A stretch of 64,000 nucleotides of DNA from Rhodothermales bacterium (lineage in GTDB: Bacteria > Bacteroidota > Rhodothermia > Rhodothermales > DASSAV01). Each line of letters starts with the position of its first letter. Positions within the stretch are counted from its first letter, which is position 1. Where the stretch lies: assembly GCA_041690215.1 (NCBI GenBank), contig JAWLHQ010000002.1, positions 154,189 to 218,188 of the forward strand, read 5' to 3'. Under the pieces are notes generated by a model. It was not told the origin of the DNA, made no database searches, and saw nothing but the letters and a program-made list of their open reading frames with translations. The translations under genes were made by a program, and so were the position numbers. Positions 55,490-64,000 of this stretch are shown in pieces.

Positions 55490-57658
55490 ATGGGCGGTAA
55501 GAGAAAAGAATCGAAGGCGAATCACGGAGATGGTACCGAGAAGGCGCTAGCCGCTGTAGAGCCGGTCTACGAGGTATCATCGATCAGCCCGGACTCGCTC
55601 CCGTTTCACATTCCCGAGATCGGTTACGAAGGCGACCTCGCCTTCGAGCCGGTAGACCCCTCCGACTTCGACCCGGAAGAACTGATCGGCTATTATCGCA
55701 CGATGCTGCTTTCCCGGCGCCTCGATGAGAAGATGCTTACCCTGCTCAAACAGGGAAAGGGCTTCTTCCATATTGGTGCGGCCGGCCATGAGGCCACGCA
55801 GGTAGCCATCGGGGCTCTCTCACGCCCTGGACACGATTGGTTCAGCATGTACTACCGTGACCTGTGCACGTACCTCACTCTGGGAGGAACGGCCGAGGAC
55901 GTCATGTTGCACCACCTGGCCAAGGCGGATGACCCCAACTCAGGCGGACGTCAGATGTCGGAGCACTTCAGCAGCCGGAAGCTCAATATTCTGCCCCTTT
56001 CGTCCTCCGTCGGTGCACAGTACCTCCCTTCCGTCGGCGTAGCGCTCGCCCTTCAACGCAAAGAGAGTGACGCATACGTTTATTGTTCCGGAGGTGAAGG
56101 TTCTACATCTCAGGGGTCGTTCCACGAAGCGCTGAACTGGTCGGCACGCGTTGGCGCGCCGGTGCTGTTTGTGATTCAGGATAACAAGTACGCCATCTCC
56201 GTTCCCGTCCAGGACCAGACTGCCGGTGGATCACCCTACAAACTCGCACGCGGCTACGAAGGGCTCAAGCGGGCGCGTGTGGATGGCACGGACTTCTTCA
56301 AGGTCTACACGGTTGCCAAGGCTGCTATCGACCACATACGAGCCGGAAAGGGCCCGGTGTGCATCACCGCGGAAGTCGTCCGGCTCCTCCCCCACTCGTC
56401 CTCGGACAACCACGCCAAGTATCGTACACCGGAAGAGCTCGAAAAGGATCGCCAGGTCGATCCCATTGCTCGGATGGAGCTTCAGCTTGTCGAGGCGGGC
56501 ATTCTGAACGATGCGAAGATCGAGGCCCTGCGAAAGGAGGTCAGCCAGCAAGTCGACGAGGCGGCGCGATGGGCGGAGAAACAGGCCGATCCCGACCCGG
56601 CAACTGCTACGAAACACGTCTATTTCGAGGGCGATTTGGACCTCGAATATGAGACGTCCACTCCGTCGGGCAGTCCTATCGTCGTCGTCGATGCGATCAA
56701 CCACGCGCTGCACGAAGAAATGGAGCGTGACGAACGCATCATCGTCTACGGAGAAGACGTCGCGGAGCGAAAAGGCGGTGTGTTCTCGGCTACCAGAGAC
56801 CTTACGGACCGGTTCGGCCGTACCCGCTGCTTCAACTCACCGCTCGCGGAAGATTCCATCGTTGGCACCGCCGTCGGCATGAGCGCTGCCGGTTTCAAAC
56901 CGATCATCGAGATCCAGTTCGGCGACTATATCTGGCCCGCTCTACAGCAACTTCGTAACCAGGTAGCCTCCTTCCGATACCGTTCCAATGGCGAGTGGGG
57001 GTGCCCGATGGTCATCCGGGTACCCGTGGGGGGATATATCCACGGCGGGCTGTGCCATTCCCAGAATATCGAGGCGTTCTTCGCCCACATGCCGGGCTTC
57101 AAGATCGCGCTACCTTCCAACGCCGCAGATGCAAAGGGGCTGCTGAAAACCGCCATCCGGATGCAGGATCCCGTGCTCTTCCTCGAGCACAAAGCCCTCT
57201 ACCGCATGGCCGCCGCACGGTCACCCGAACCCGATGCCGATTACCTCCTCCCCTTCGGCAAAGCGAAGACCGTTCGGGAAGGAACCGATCTGACCATCGT
57301 CACCTATGGAATGATGGTGCACAAATCGGTCAACGTTGCCAAGATCCTCGAAAAGGAAGGGGTTTCGGTCGAGATCATCGATCTGCGCTCGATCGTGCCG
57401 CTGGACAGCGAAGCCATCATCGAATCGGTCAAGAAGACGAACCGGGTGCTCGTCGTATACGAGGATCACGAGTTCGTCGGTTTCGGCGCTGAAATCGCGG
57501 CACAGATTGCAGATCGGGCCTTCCACTATCTCGATGCGCCGGTCCGGCGCTATGCCGGCGCCTTCTCCCCTATTCCTTATGCAGACGGTCTGGAACGCGT
57601 CGTACTGCCACAGGACGAGGGTATACTGGAAGCAGTCCGAGATGTACTTGCCTTCTGA
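55490..57658 (+). CDS. 2-oxoacid (branched-chain-type) dehydrogenase E1 component, fused alpha and beta subunits
   Basis: 722 aa. The N-terminal half carries the TPP-binding region (SGGEGSTSQGSFHEALNWSA). The C-terminal half is the transketolase-like pyrimidine-binding and C-terminal domains (FNSPLAEDSIVGTAVGMS...). Confidence 0.85.
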   Translation: MGGKRKESKANHGDGTEKALAAVEPVYEVSSISPDSLPFHIPEIGYEGDLAFEPVDPSDFDPEELIGYYRTMLLSRRLDEKMLTLLKQGKGFFHIGAAGHEATQVAIGALSRPGHDWFSMYYRDLCTYLTLGGTAEDVMLHHLAKADDPNSGGRQMSEHFSSRKLNILPLSSSVGAQYLPSVGVALALQRKESDAYVYCSGGEGSTSQGSFHEALNWSARVGAPVLFVIQDNKYAISVPVQDQTAGGSPYKLARGYEGLKRARVDGTDFFKVYTVAKAAIDHIRAGKGPVCITAEVVRLLPHSSSDNHAKYRTPEELEKDRQVDPIARMELQLVEAGILNDAKIEALRKEVSQQVDEAARWAEKQADPDPATATKHVYFEGDLDLEYETSTPSGSPIVVVDAINHALHEEMERDERIIVYGEDVAERKGGVFSATRDLTDRFGRTRCFNSPLAEDSIVGTAVGMSAAGFKPIIEIQFGDYIWPALQQLRNQVASFRYRSNGEWGCPMVIRVPVGGYIHGGLCHSQNIEAFFAHMPGFKIALPSNAADAKGLLKTAIRMQDPVLFLEHKALYRMAAARSPEPDADYLLPFGKAKTVREGTDLTIVTYGMMVHKSVNVAKILEKEGVSVEIIDLRSIVPLDSEAIIESVKKTNRVLVVYEDHEFVGFGAEIAAQIADRAFHYLDAPVRRYAGAFSPIPYADGLERVVLPQDEGILEAVRDVLAF

Positions 57659-57756
57659 GACCCGACGCCAGGACCAGGTCGACCGGCTACTACTCCCCCT
57701 TATCTCGCCGCTAACACATACGCAGTATACTGGGATACAAAACCGAGAAAACTGCC

Positions 57757-58503
57757 ATGACCCGTAGCGTATCACGATTCACGCTCATCGTCCTGCCACT
57801 CATGCTCGTTCTGGCCTGCCCGGCGGCCGCGCAGAAGGGGAAGCTGGTCTTCACCGAGACGACGCACGCGTTCGGTACGGTGTACGAAGGCGACGAGGCC
57901 ACCTATACGTTCACCTTCCGCAATGAAGGTGATGCGCCGCTCAAGCTCATCAGCGTAAATCCGTCCTGCGGTTGCACCACGCCGGAATGGACGCGAGATC
58001 CCATCGCGCCGGGTGGAACCGGCAGTGTAACGGTTTCCTTCGATTCGAAGGGTCTACCGGGCCCGTTCCATAAGCGAATCGCGGTAAATTCCGATGGCGA
58101 TCCAATGCAGGTCATACTCGACATCGAAGGCGAAGTGCATCCGCGTCCACTGCAAGAGCCAACCGCACAGGGGAATCTCCTGATCGAACGCTATTCGGCG
58201 GACCTCGGTGAACTGGAAGCGGGCCAGGTGCCCTACGTCAGGGTGCGGATTCAGAACGGCGGCACCCGGCCACTCCTGATCAAGAGCATTCGGACGCCCG
58301 GAGAACACGTGTTTGCCTCCTACCCCGGCAATCCGATTGGTGCGGGTGAACTGGCCGAGATAGCCTTTTCGGTCAATACCACCGGAATGAAGTCCGGAAG
58401 CCGCTTCGATTATGAGTTGCTCCTGGAAACCGATGACCCGCAGCAACCGCTAAAAAAACTGCACGTGAAAGGCGCCGTCAAAGAGAGCACCGGAGCAAAG
58501 TAA
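57757..58503 (+). CDS. DUF1573 domain protein (two copies), secreted
   Basis: Signal peptide. FTFRNEGDAPLKLISVNPSCGCTTPEW is the DUF1573 signature. A second, more degenerate copy follows. Confidence 0.8.
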   Translation: MTRSVSRFTLIVLPLMLVLACPAAAQKGKLVFTETTHAFGTVYEGDEATYTFTFRNEGDAPLKLISVNPSCGCTTPEWTRDPIAPGGTGSVTVSFDSKGLPGPFHKRIAVNSDGDPMQVILDIEGEVHPRPLQEPTAQGNLLIERYSADLGELEAGQVPYVRVRIQNGGTRPLLIKSIRTPGEHVFASYPGNPIGAGELAEIAFSVNTTGMKSGSRFDYELLLETDDPQQPLKKLHVKGAVKESTGAK

Positions 58504-58518
58504 TCTTTGTTCGACAGT

Positions 58519-58568
58519 GCATAGCATGCATCCCGGAGAACTGGTGCTCTCCGGGATGCATGCTATGC
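58519..58568. terminator. bidirectional terminator-like hairpin between convergent genes
   Basis: Perfect 21-bp stem (58519-58539 with 58548-58568) and an 8-nt loop, between the stops at 58503 (+) and 58585 (-). Confidence 0.6.
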
Positions 58569-58584
58569 TCTATCCTGCCCGGCG

Positions 58585-59745
58585 TCAGGACAGCGCCAGG
58601 GCTTGATCTAGATCTTGAATCAGATCATCCAGATCTTCTATTCCGACCGACAGCCGGATAAGCGAATCGTCGAGGCCAGAAGCGATACGCACCTCGCGGG
58701 GAACGGAAGCATGGGTCATGGACGCCGGATGTTCGATCAGACTCTCCACGCCGCCGAGGCTCTCGGCAAGCGCGAACACCTTCGTCCCTGAAAGGACACG
58801 CACAGCAGCCTCCTGGCTGTCGTTCGTGAGCGAGAACGAGATCATGCCGCCGAAATCACGCATCTGCTTGCTCGCAAGCTCGTGCCCCGGATCGGAAGGC
58901 AATCCCGGATAGCGAACGTGCTTGACCTTCGGGTGCTGGTCCAGAAAGGCGGCGATTGCTCTGGCATTCTCGCAGTGACGTTGCATGCGGACGTGCAGCG
59001 TCTTCGTTCCGCGTAGCATCAGGAAGCAATCCATCGGCCCGGGCACAGCGCCCGTGCTTTTGGCCTGGAAATGGAGCTTCTCGTTCCAGTCCTCCCGATT
59101 CGTACACACCACCCCGCCGATCACGTCGGAATGTCCGCCCAGGTACTTTGTAGCCGAATGCATCACGAGGTCGGCTCCGAGCAGCAGCGGTTGCTGCAGG
59201 TACGGCGAGGCGAAGGTGTTGTCAACGGCCACGTCGATATTGCGAGACCGGGCAAGCCCGCTGAGGCGTTCGATGTCAATGATTCGTAGTAGAGGGTTCG
59301 TGGGTGTTTCCAGCCACATGAGCTTCGTGTTCGGCTGAAGTGCCTGCTCAACGGCTGTAATGTCCGTCATGTCCACGAACGAGAATGTAAGCCCGAACCG
59401 CTCGAATACCTGCCTGAAGAGCCGGTACGTCCCACCGTACAGGTCATTCATAGCGACGACGTGATCGCCAGCGCTGAGGCCTTTCAGAATGGCATCAGTA
59501 GCTGCTACACCAGATGAAAAACAGGTAGCGAAGCGGGCGCTTTCGAGCGCCGCCAGGTTCCCTTCCAGCGCCGTGCGCGTCGGGTTACCTGCACGCGAGT
59601 AGTCGTACCCTTTGTGCTGGTTTGGAGCTTCCTGGATATAGGTGGAGGTCTGGTATATCGGCGTCATGATGGCGCCTGTGGCCGGGTCCGGCTCCTGGCC
59701 TGCGTGGATGGCAAGCGTTCCGAATCCGTATGAGCGATCGTTCAT
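58585..59745 (-). CDS. trans-sulfuration PLP enzyme (cystathionine gamma-synthase/gamma-lyase/beta-lyase family)
   Basis: 386 aa. SATKYLGGHSD PLP-lysine motif. N-terminal T..IH.G pattern. Specificity cannot be assigned by eye. Confidence 0.85.
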   Translation of the reverse strand: MNDRSYGFGTLAIHAGQEPDPATGAIMTPIYQTSTYIQEAPNQHKGYDYSRAGNPTRTALEGNLAALESARFATCFSSGVAATDAILKGLSAGDHVVAMNDLYGGTYRLFRQVFERFGLTFSFVDMTDITAVEQALQPNTKLMWLETPTNPLLRIIDIERLSGLARSRNIDVAVDNTFASPYLQQPLLLGADLVMHSATKYLGGHSDVIGGVVCTNREDWNEKLHFQAKSTGAVPGPMDCFLMLRGTKTLHVRMQRHCENARAIAAFLDQHPKVKHVRYPGLPSDPGHELASKQMRDFGGMISFSLTNDSQEAAVRVLSGTKVFALAESLGGVESLIEHPASMTHASVPREVRIASGLDDSLIRLSVGIEDLDDLIQDLDQALALS

Positions 59746-59761
59746 GTGTTCGTAGGGAGTG

Positions 59762-59799
59762 TTTGAAAAAGAAAAGCCCGGGCCTAAGGCCCGGGCTTT
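59762..59799 (-). terminator. intrinsic terminator downstream of the TPR gene
   Basis: Stem AAAGCCCGGGCC, loop taa, stem GGCCCGGGCTTT (59773-59799). On the minus strand it is followed by TCTTTTTC. Lies 35 nt after the stop at 59834. Confidence 0.7.
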
Positions 59800-59833
59800 A
59801 ATCTACGACAGAATAGCAATGCGCTGCGGGCGG

Positions 59834-61045
59834 TTACTGGTTGTTCATAGCACCGTAACCGGCACACGCCGATACCGTCTCCGCCTTAGCTTGCTGCCCC
59901 GTTTGCACATAGGCCTGGAAAAGTGCCTGACATACCGGCATCACTTCACCTCCCTCAGCCTCCATCAAGTCACGTGCACGTTCCAGCGGCGCGACGGCCG
60001 CTTCGAAATACTGGCGGCGCTGCGCGACCAACGCATCCATTTCGGACTCGCGCTGCTGAACCTGAGCAGCAGTCAGGGTCGCCCGCTGCTGGCGCAGCTC
60101 GTCGTCGAGTTCTCCGATGCGGTCGTTGGCATCGACGGCTTTGTTGACGTATGCGGCACCCAGGTTGTAATGCGCGCTGGCATAGTTCGGATCGATAGCG
60201 ATGGCCGCCTCCAGCTGCTCGATGGCTTCGTCGTAACGCTCCGACTGAAGCAACAGCGAACCATAGTTGTAGCGGAACAGCTTGCTGTTCGGATCGCTTT
60301 CTACGGCCTGACGGTACTGATCCAGAGCGCGATCCTCCTGCCCCGATGCAACGTAGGCGTTGAGCAGCTGCGACCGGATCTCATCGTTCTCCGGATATTC
60401 CGCCTGTGCCTTCTCCAAGAGCGTAACGGCTTCGGCGCTCCGGTTTGCGCGTATGTACAGATCCGAAAGCAGGATGTACACGTCTTCATTGACGCTCCCC
60501 TTCTCCGTAGCGGTATGAAGCGGCTGAATCGCCTCTTCGCTACGGCCTGCGTTGATCAGTGAATAGCCGTAGTTGATGTAGGCGTCAGCGGAGTCGGGCT
60601 GAAGCAGCGTGGCATTCCGGAAGTACGATGCAGCCTCTGCGTAGCCGGCGCTATCTTCCTGCCCCCGGTTGAATGCCTGACCGCCGCGCTGGAATTCATT
60701 GAAGTAGGCCAGACGCAGACGGTTGTTTACATCCTCGGTCAGTGCGGGATCCAGCTCGATCGCGCGCTGATAGGCTTCGGCCATGTCCTGAACCATTTTG
60801 GTGTGCTGCTCCGCATCCTGGGTTTCCGACGCCTGCTCCTGCAGGACCTGCCCCTTCACATAGTAGGCTTCGGCATTCTGGGGATTAGTCTGCAGCGCGG
60901 CTTCAACATTCTCCAGAGCCCGGGCGTAGTCCTTATTGCGAAGGTCAAGCTTGGCACCCTCCAGGTTAGGGTCGCCGCCACATGCTGCGGCCATCAGAAG
61001 CACGCCGCAAAGCACGAGGGCCAGTTTCATGGAAAGCTGTCTCAT
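59834..61045 (-). CDS. tetratricopeptide-repeat lipoprotein
   Basis: Lipobox LLMAAACGG. Multiple TPR units (A..Y..A...DP....AY...G). Start is ATG at 61045 or 61030; the ORF track gives 61111. Confidence 0.75.
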   Translation of the reverse strand: MRQLSMKLALVLCGVLLMAAACGGDPNLEGAKLDLRNKDYARALENVEAALQTNPQNAEAYYVKGQVLQEQASETQDAEQHTKMVQDMAEAYQRAIELDPALTEDVNNRLRLAYFNEFQRGGQAFNRGQEDSAGYAEAASYFRNATLLQPDSADAYINYGYSLINAGRSEEAIQPLHTATEKGSVNEDVYILLSDLYIRANRSAEAVTLLEKAQAEYPENDEIRSQLLNAYVASGQEDRALDQYRQAVESDPNSKLFRYNYGSLLLQSERYDEAIEQLEAAIAIDPNYASAHYNLGAAYVNKAVDANDRIGELDDELRQQRATLTAAQVQQRESEMDALVAQRRQYFEAAVAPLERARDLMEAEGGEVMPVCQALFQAYVQTGQQAKAETVSACAGYGAMNNQ

Positions 61046-61445
61046 ATGAGGTAAGTACGTGGGGATTATTAGTGGGAGGGTATGTGCTGTGTGAATAAAA
61101 AAACGCCTCACTTAGTACCGGCAGAACAAGACGAGGACATACCGACCGCACTCCATCTCTTTGGACGAGAGCGCCTCCGGTAGGTCTTTTCAACCAACTT
61201 ACTGAGGCCCGATCAACATGCCTCGGACGGTACGTTTGTTCCAACAAAACTACGACTTATGATACGCACATACAACTTTCGCATGTTTCCGGCCTGCGAA
61301 AATTGAAACTTCGGAACAGCCTCAATGAAAGCACATTGCTAATTTCACAGCACCTCCGCATGAGGTGCCGAAGTGCCCATACGAGCACTCGCCCCGATGC
61401 CCGTATCTCTGGTGGAGGCGTACTCAACGATCCTGGTGGAAGACT

Positions 61446-62438
61446 ATGATGCAGGCCGTACGAACGACCCCACTGGCTTTGCAGGCACTCCTGGGCCACG
61501 CTCTCGACTATGCAGGCCTCTTCCCCCCGGCTTCACTCAGCCTCGAAGAGACTGTAATTAATTATGCGAAATACCGCAAGATGCCCGAGGCCTGGATGCT
61601 CGGCAGATTCATCTGCCCGGTTGCCCGGATATCTGAGTTGATCAAACTCGTAAGCAAGTTGCCACCCTCACCGCCATGGCAGATTTCGGCCCTTGGAACG
61701 GGCGGAAATGATGGAGAGACCTTTCTGGAGTCCCTGACTCATGATCTCACCACGCTCGATGCTGTAGCCGGGGCAATCGATAGTTCCATCTTCGTTACAT
61801 CACTGGAAGTACGCTGGCCTGCATCCGCTTCGAACGTGCAGCAAACGAGCTATAAAGACTTACTGAGTCGCACTGCAGATACATTCAAGACCAAACCGAG
61901 TGACGTAGCAGAGGTCTTCTTCGAATTACCGGATTACTCGTCCGATTCTATGTACAGGGTTTTGCTCCCCCTTATCCGGCAGCACAACGACGAGCACACA
62001 AAAGCCGGGATACCGGTGTTCGGCGCCAAGATCCGGTGCGGGGGCGTCGAACCAGCCGCCTTCCCTTCTCCCGAAGCCCTGGCAAACTTCATCTCGGCCT
62101 GCACCCGGGCCGGGGTGCCGTTCAAGGCCACAGCCGGACTCCACCACCCGCTCTATCATTTCAATACCGGGCAGGGCGTTTACATGCACGGCTTCCTGAA
62201 TGTCTTCTTCGCCTCCGTCTTGATGGGCGAAGGCCTACTGGACGAGGAAGCCGCCTTTGAACTCTTGACCGATGGCATTGCCTCACATTTTGAGATCAAC
62301 ACGGAGGGTCTTGCATGGAAGGGCCATGCGGCTCCTTACGACGCAATCGTGCGTGAACGTGGTAGGTCTATCACGTCATTCGGAAGCTGTAGCTTTGAGG
62401 AACCGCTCGAAGACCTGCAGGGCATGGGACTACTGTAA
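61446..62438 (+). CDS. hypothetical protein (no recognised domain)
   Basis: Long ORF with non-biased composition, lying 50 nt upstream of fahA on the same strand. I chose ATG at 61446 (MMQAVRTT...); the ORF track gives 61365. Confidence 0.55.
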   Translation: MMQAVRTTPLALQALLGHALDYAGLFPPASLSLEETVINYAKYRKMPEAWMLGRFICPVARISELIKLVSKLPPSPPWQISALGTGGNDGETFLESLTHDLTTLDAVAGAIDSSIFVTSLEVRWPASASNVQQTSYKDLLSRTADTFKTKPSDVAEVFFELPDYSSDSMYRVLLPLIRQHNDEHTKAGIPVFGAKIRCGGVEPAAFPSPEALANFISACTRAGVPFKATAGLHHPLYHFNTGQGVYMHGFLNVFFASVLMGEGLLDEEAAFELLTDGIASHFEINTEGLAWKGHAAPYDAIVRERGRSITSFGSCSFEEPLEDLQGMGLL

Positions 62439-62488
62439 TTCCACGGCTCGAACTCATTCGAGAAACTTGCCTACCTGCCATCGATCAG

Positions 62489-63778
62489 ATGCCTGACGAA
62501 ACCACCGATCCATCCCTACGGACCTTCGTACCCGTCGCACCTGAGTCCCATTTTCCCATTCAGAACCTGCCGTACGGAATTTTTAGTCCTCCCGGCGGGG
62601 GTGTGCCAAGAGCTGGCGTTGCCATCGGCGACCGTGTATTGGACCTCTCGGTGCTCGAAGAACGGGATCTCTTCGACCACGATCTCCTTCGCGCACGGCG
62701 GCCTTTTTCTCAGGCCACCCTGAACGGGTTCATGGCCCTCGGGCCTGATGCATGGCGGAGTGCACGCCGTAGCATCAGCCGGCTCCTTCGGGCCGATACC
62801 CCCACCCTACGAGATGCCCCCGAACTTCAGGAACGCGCTTTCTTCGATCAACACGCCGTCAAGCTCCACCTGCCCGTCGATATCGGGGATTATACGGACT
62901 TCTACTCGTCCCGCGAGCACGCCACGAATGTGGGCATCATGTTTCGGGGCAAAGAGAACGCGCTCATGCCGAACTGGCTCCACCTGCCCGTAGCGTACCA
63001 CGGGCGGGCAAGTAGCATTGTCGTGAGCGGAACGGACATCCGGCGGCCATGGGGGCAGATCAAGCAGGGCGATGCTCCCCCGCAGCTTGCTCCGACGCGG
63101 CAACTTGACTTCGAACTTGAAATGGGGATCTTCATCGGACCGGGCAGCCGGCTGGGTAAACCGATACTTATGGAGCGTGCGGGAGAGCACTGTTTCGGCA
63201 TGGTGCTCGTCAATGACTGGAGCGCTCGAGACATTCAGCGCTGGGAGTACGTACCGCTCGGCCCCTTTCTGGGAAAGAACTTCGCGACGACCGTTTCTCC
63301 CTGGATCGTGCCCATGGAGGCACTCGAACCGTTTCGCTGTCCCGCACCAGAGCAGGATCCCGAGCCGCTGGCCTACCTGCAAATGCCAGTACGACACACG
63401 TTCGACATCCACCTGGAGGCAGCCATCCAGAGTGAGGGTATGGACCGCCCCTATACTCTCTGCCACACGAATTTTCGGTATCTGTACTGGACTCCGGAGC
63501 AGCAGCTTGCCCACCATACCGTCAACGGCTGCAGCGTCCGTCCGGGCGACCTGCTCGCATCGGGGACGATCAGTGGAAGTTCGCCGGACAGCTACGGGAG
63601 CCTGCTGGAGCTTGCCTGGCGCGGCGAACGTCCTGTCAGGCTGCCCGATGGTTCCGAGCGGACCTTCTTGCAGGACGGAGATCGCCTGATCTTAACCGGC
63701 TGGACTCAGGGATCGGGTTACCGGATTGGCTTCGGCACTGCCGAAGGCCGGATCCTCCCGGCCCTACCCCACTTGTGA
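62489..63778 (+). CDS. fahA: fumarylacetoacetase
   Basis: 429 aa. N-terminal [13 protein letters not shown]....PR.GVAIGD.VLDLS and the C-terminal FAH-fold blocks ([28 protein letters not shown]). Confidence 0.85.
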   Translation: MPDETTDPSLRTFVPVAPESHFPIQNLPYGIFSPPGGGVPRAGVAIGDRVLDLSVLEERDLFDHDLLRARRPFSQATLNGFMALGPDAWRSARRSISRLLRADTPTLRDAPELQERAFFDQHAVKLHLPVDIGDYTDFYSSREHATNVGIMFRGKENALMPNWLHLPVAYHGRASSIVVSGTDIRRPWGQIKQGDAPPQLAPTRQLDFELEMGIFIGPGSRLGKPILMERAGEHCFGMVLVNDWSARDIQRWEYVPLGPFLGKNFATTVSPWIVPMEALEPFRCPAPEQDPEPLAYLQMPVRHTFDIHLEAAIQSEGMDRPYTLCHTNFRYLYWTPEQQLAHHTVNGCSVRPGDLLASGTISGSSPDSYGSLLELAWRGERPVRLPDGSERTFLQDGDRLILTGWTQGSGYRIGFGTAEGRILPALPHL

Positions 63779-64000
63779 ATCCGGTACGTCCGACTACCAC
63801 GATCTGTGACTATGGCATTTACGCCGTCTGACACACCTGCATCGCCCTCTATGACACGCTGCCAGTACGGGCATGCCACGAGGACAGCTACTGCAACGCG
63901 GTGTTGCCATTGCGTCTGCATGGCCTGCCTTGGGGGCGTGAAATAGCTGCTCTTTCTGCCGTTCTGACGTTTACCGGGAGCCCGGCATCGGCCTTGTTCT

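Noticed and set aside
63718-64000. Minus-strand open frames at the right edge (67-aa ORF 63718-63921 and frames entering from beyond 64000)
   Set aside because: The first overlaps the fahA 3-prime end by about 60 nt and has no recognisable motif. The sequence available is too short to call a gene.
1-64000. Search by eye for tRNA, rRNA, tmRNA, transposase, integrase or IS terminal inverted repeats, especially flanking the CRISPR-Cas locus
   Set aside because: I recognised none. The low-GC effector cassette therefore has no visible mobility gene, and the module-exchange idea rests on composition only.

Overview
All calls below come from reading the sequence and the ORF track by eye. No similarity search, HMM or folding program was run. 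Family assignments rest on recognised motifs, and all GC figures are hand counts on sample lines.

The window is a high-GC bacterial chromosomal segment, roughly 60-70% GC in hand-counted samples. The protein repertoire includes DUF1573, CarboxypepD_reg-like, PSCyt/DUF1549/DUF1553/DUF1501 and a cytochrome c-FTR1 fusion. This suggests a Bacteroidota/Rhodothermota-like organism, which is inference only.

Most of the window is ordinary core metabolism and envelope genes. These include csaA, acyl-CoA synthetase, hrpB, DAHP synthase, psuG, ddl, pyrC, DPP-IV, alr, an OmpR/HK pair, a fused E1 alpha/beta dehydrogenase, a trans-sulfuration enzyme and fahA.

The accessory centre is a complete type I CRISPR-Cas locus at about 10.6-22.8 kb, entirely on the minus strand. 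In transcription order it reads:
- WYL regulator
- cas6-cas3-cas5-cas8(like)-cas7
- a 311-bp non-coding gap
- cas4-cas1-cas2
- a 238-bp leader
- a 32-repeat array with a 29-nt repeat and 31 unique spacers of 35-39 nt

The locus is unusual in five ways:
- It has I-C-like gene order but also a stand-alone Cas6.
- Its Cas7 and repeat look I-B-like.
- Its Cas3 has the HD nuclease at the C-terminus, as described for I-G.
- Its large subunit cannot be assigned to a family by eye.
- The effector cassette is clearly lower in GC than the adaptation module and the flanks.

A recurrent (C/T)GTTACA-containing motif marks each transcription-unit boundary of the locus. A 21-nt identical copy of it lies 25 kb away.

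Secondary items:
- a PSCyt/DUF1501/cytochrome c-LRR/NHL exported gene cluster
- a 7TM-DISM PP2C phosphatase convergent with a receiver-like protein
- an orphan intrinsic terminator in a divergent intergenic region
- a 788-bp ORF-poor region carrying a perfect 15-bp hairpin
- a 21-bp tandem repeat
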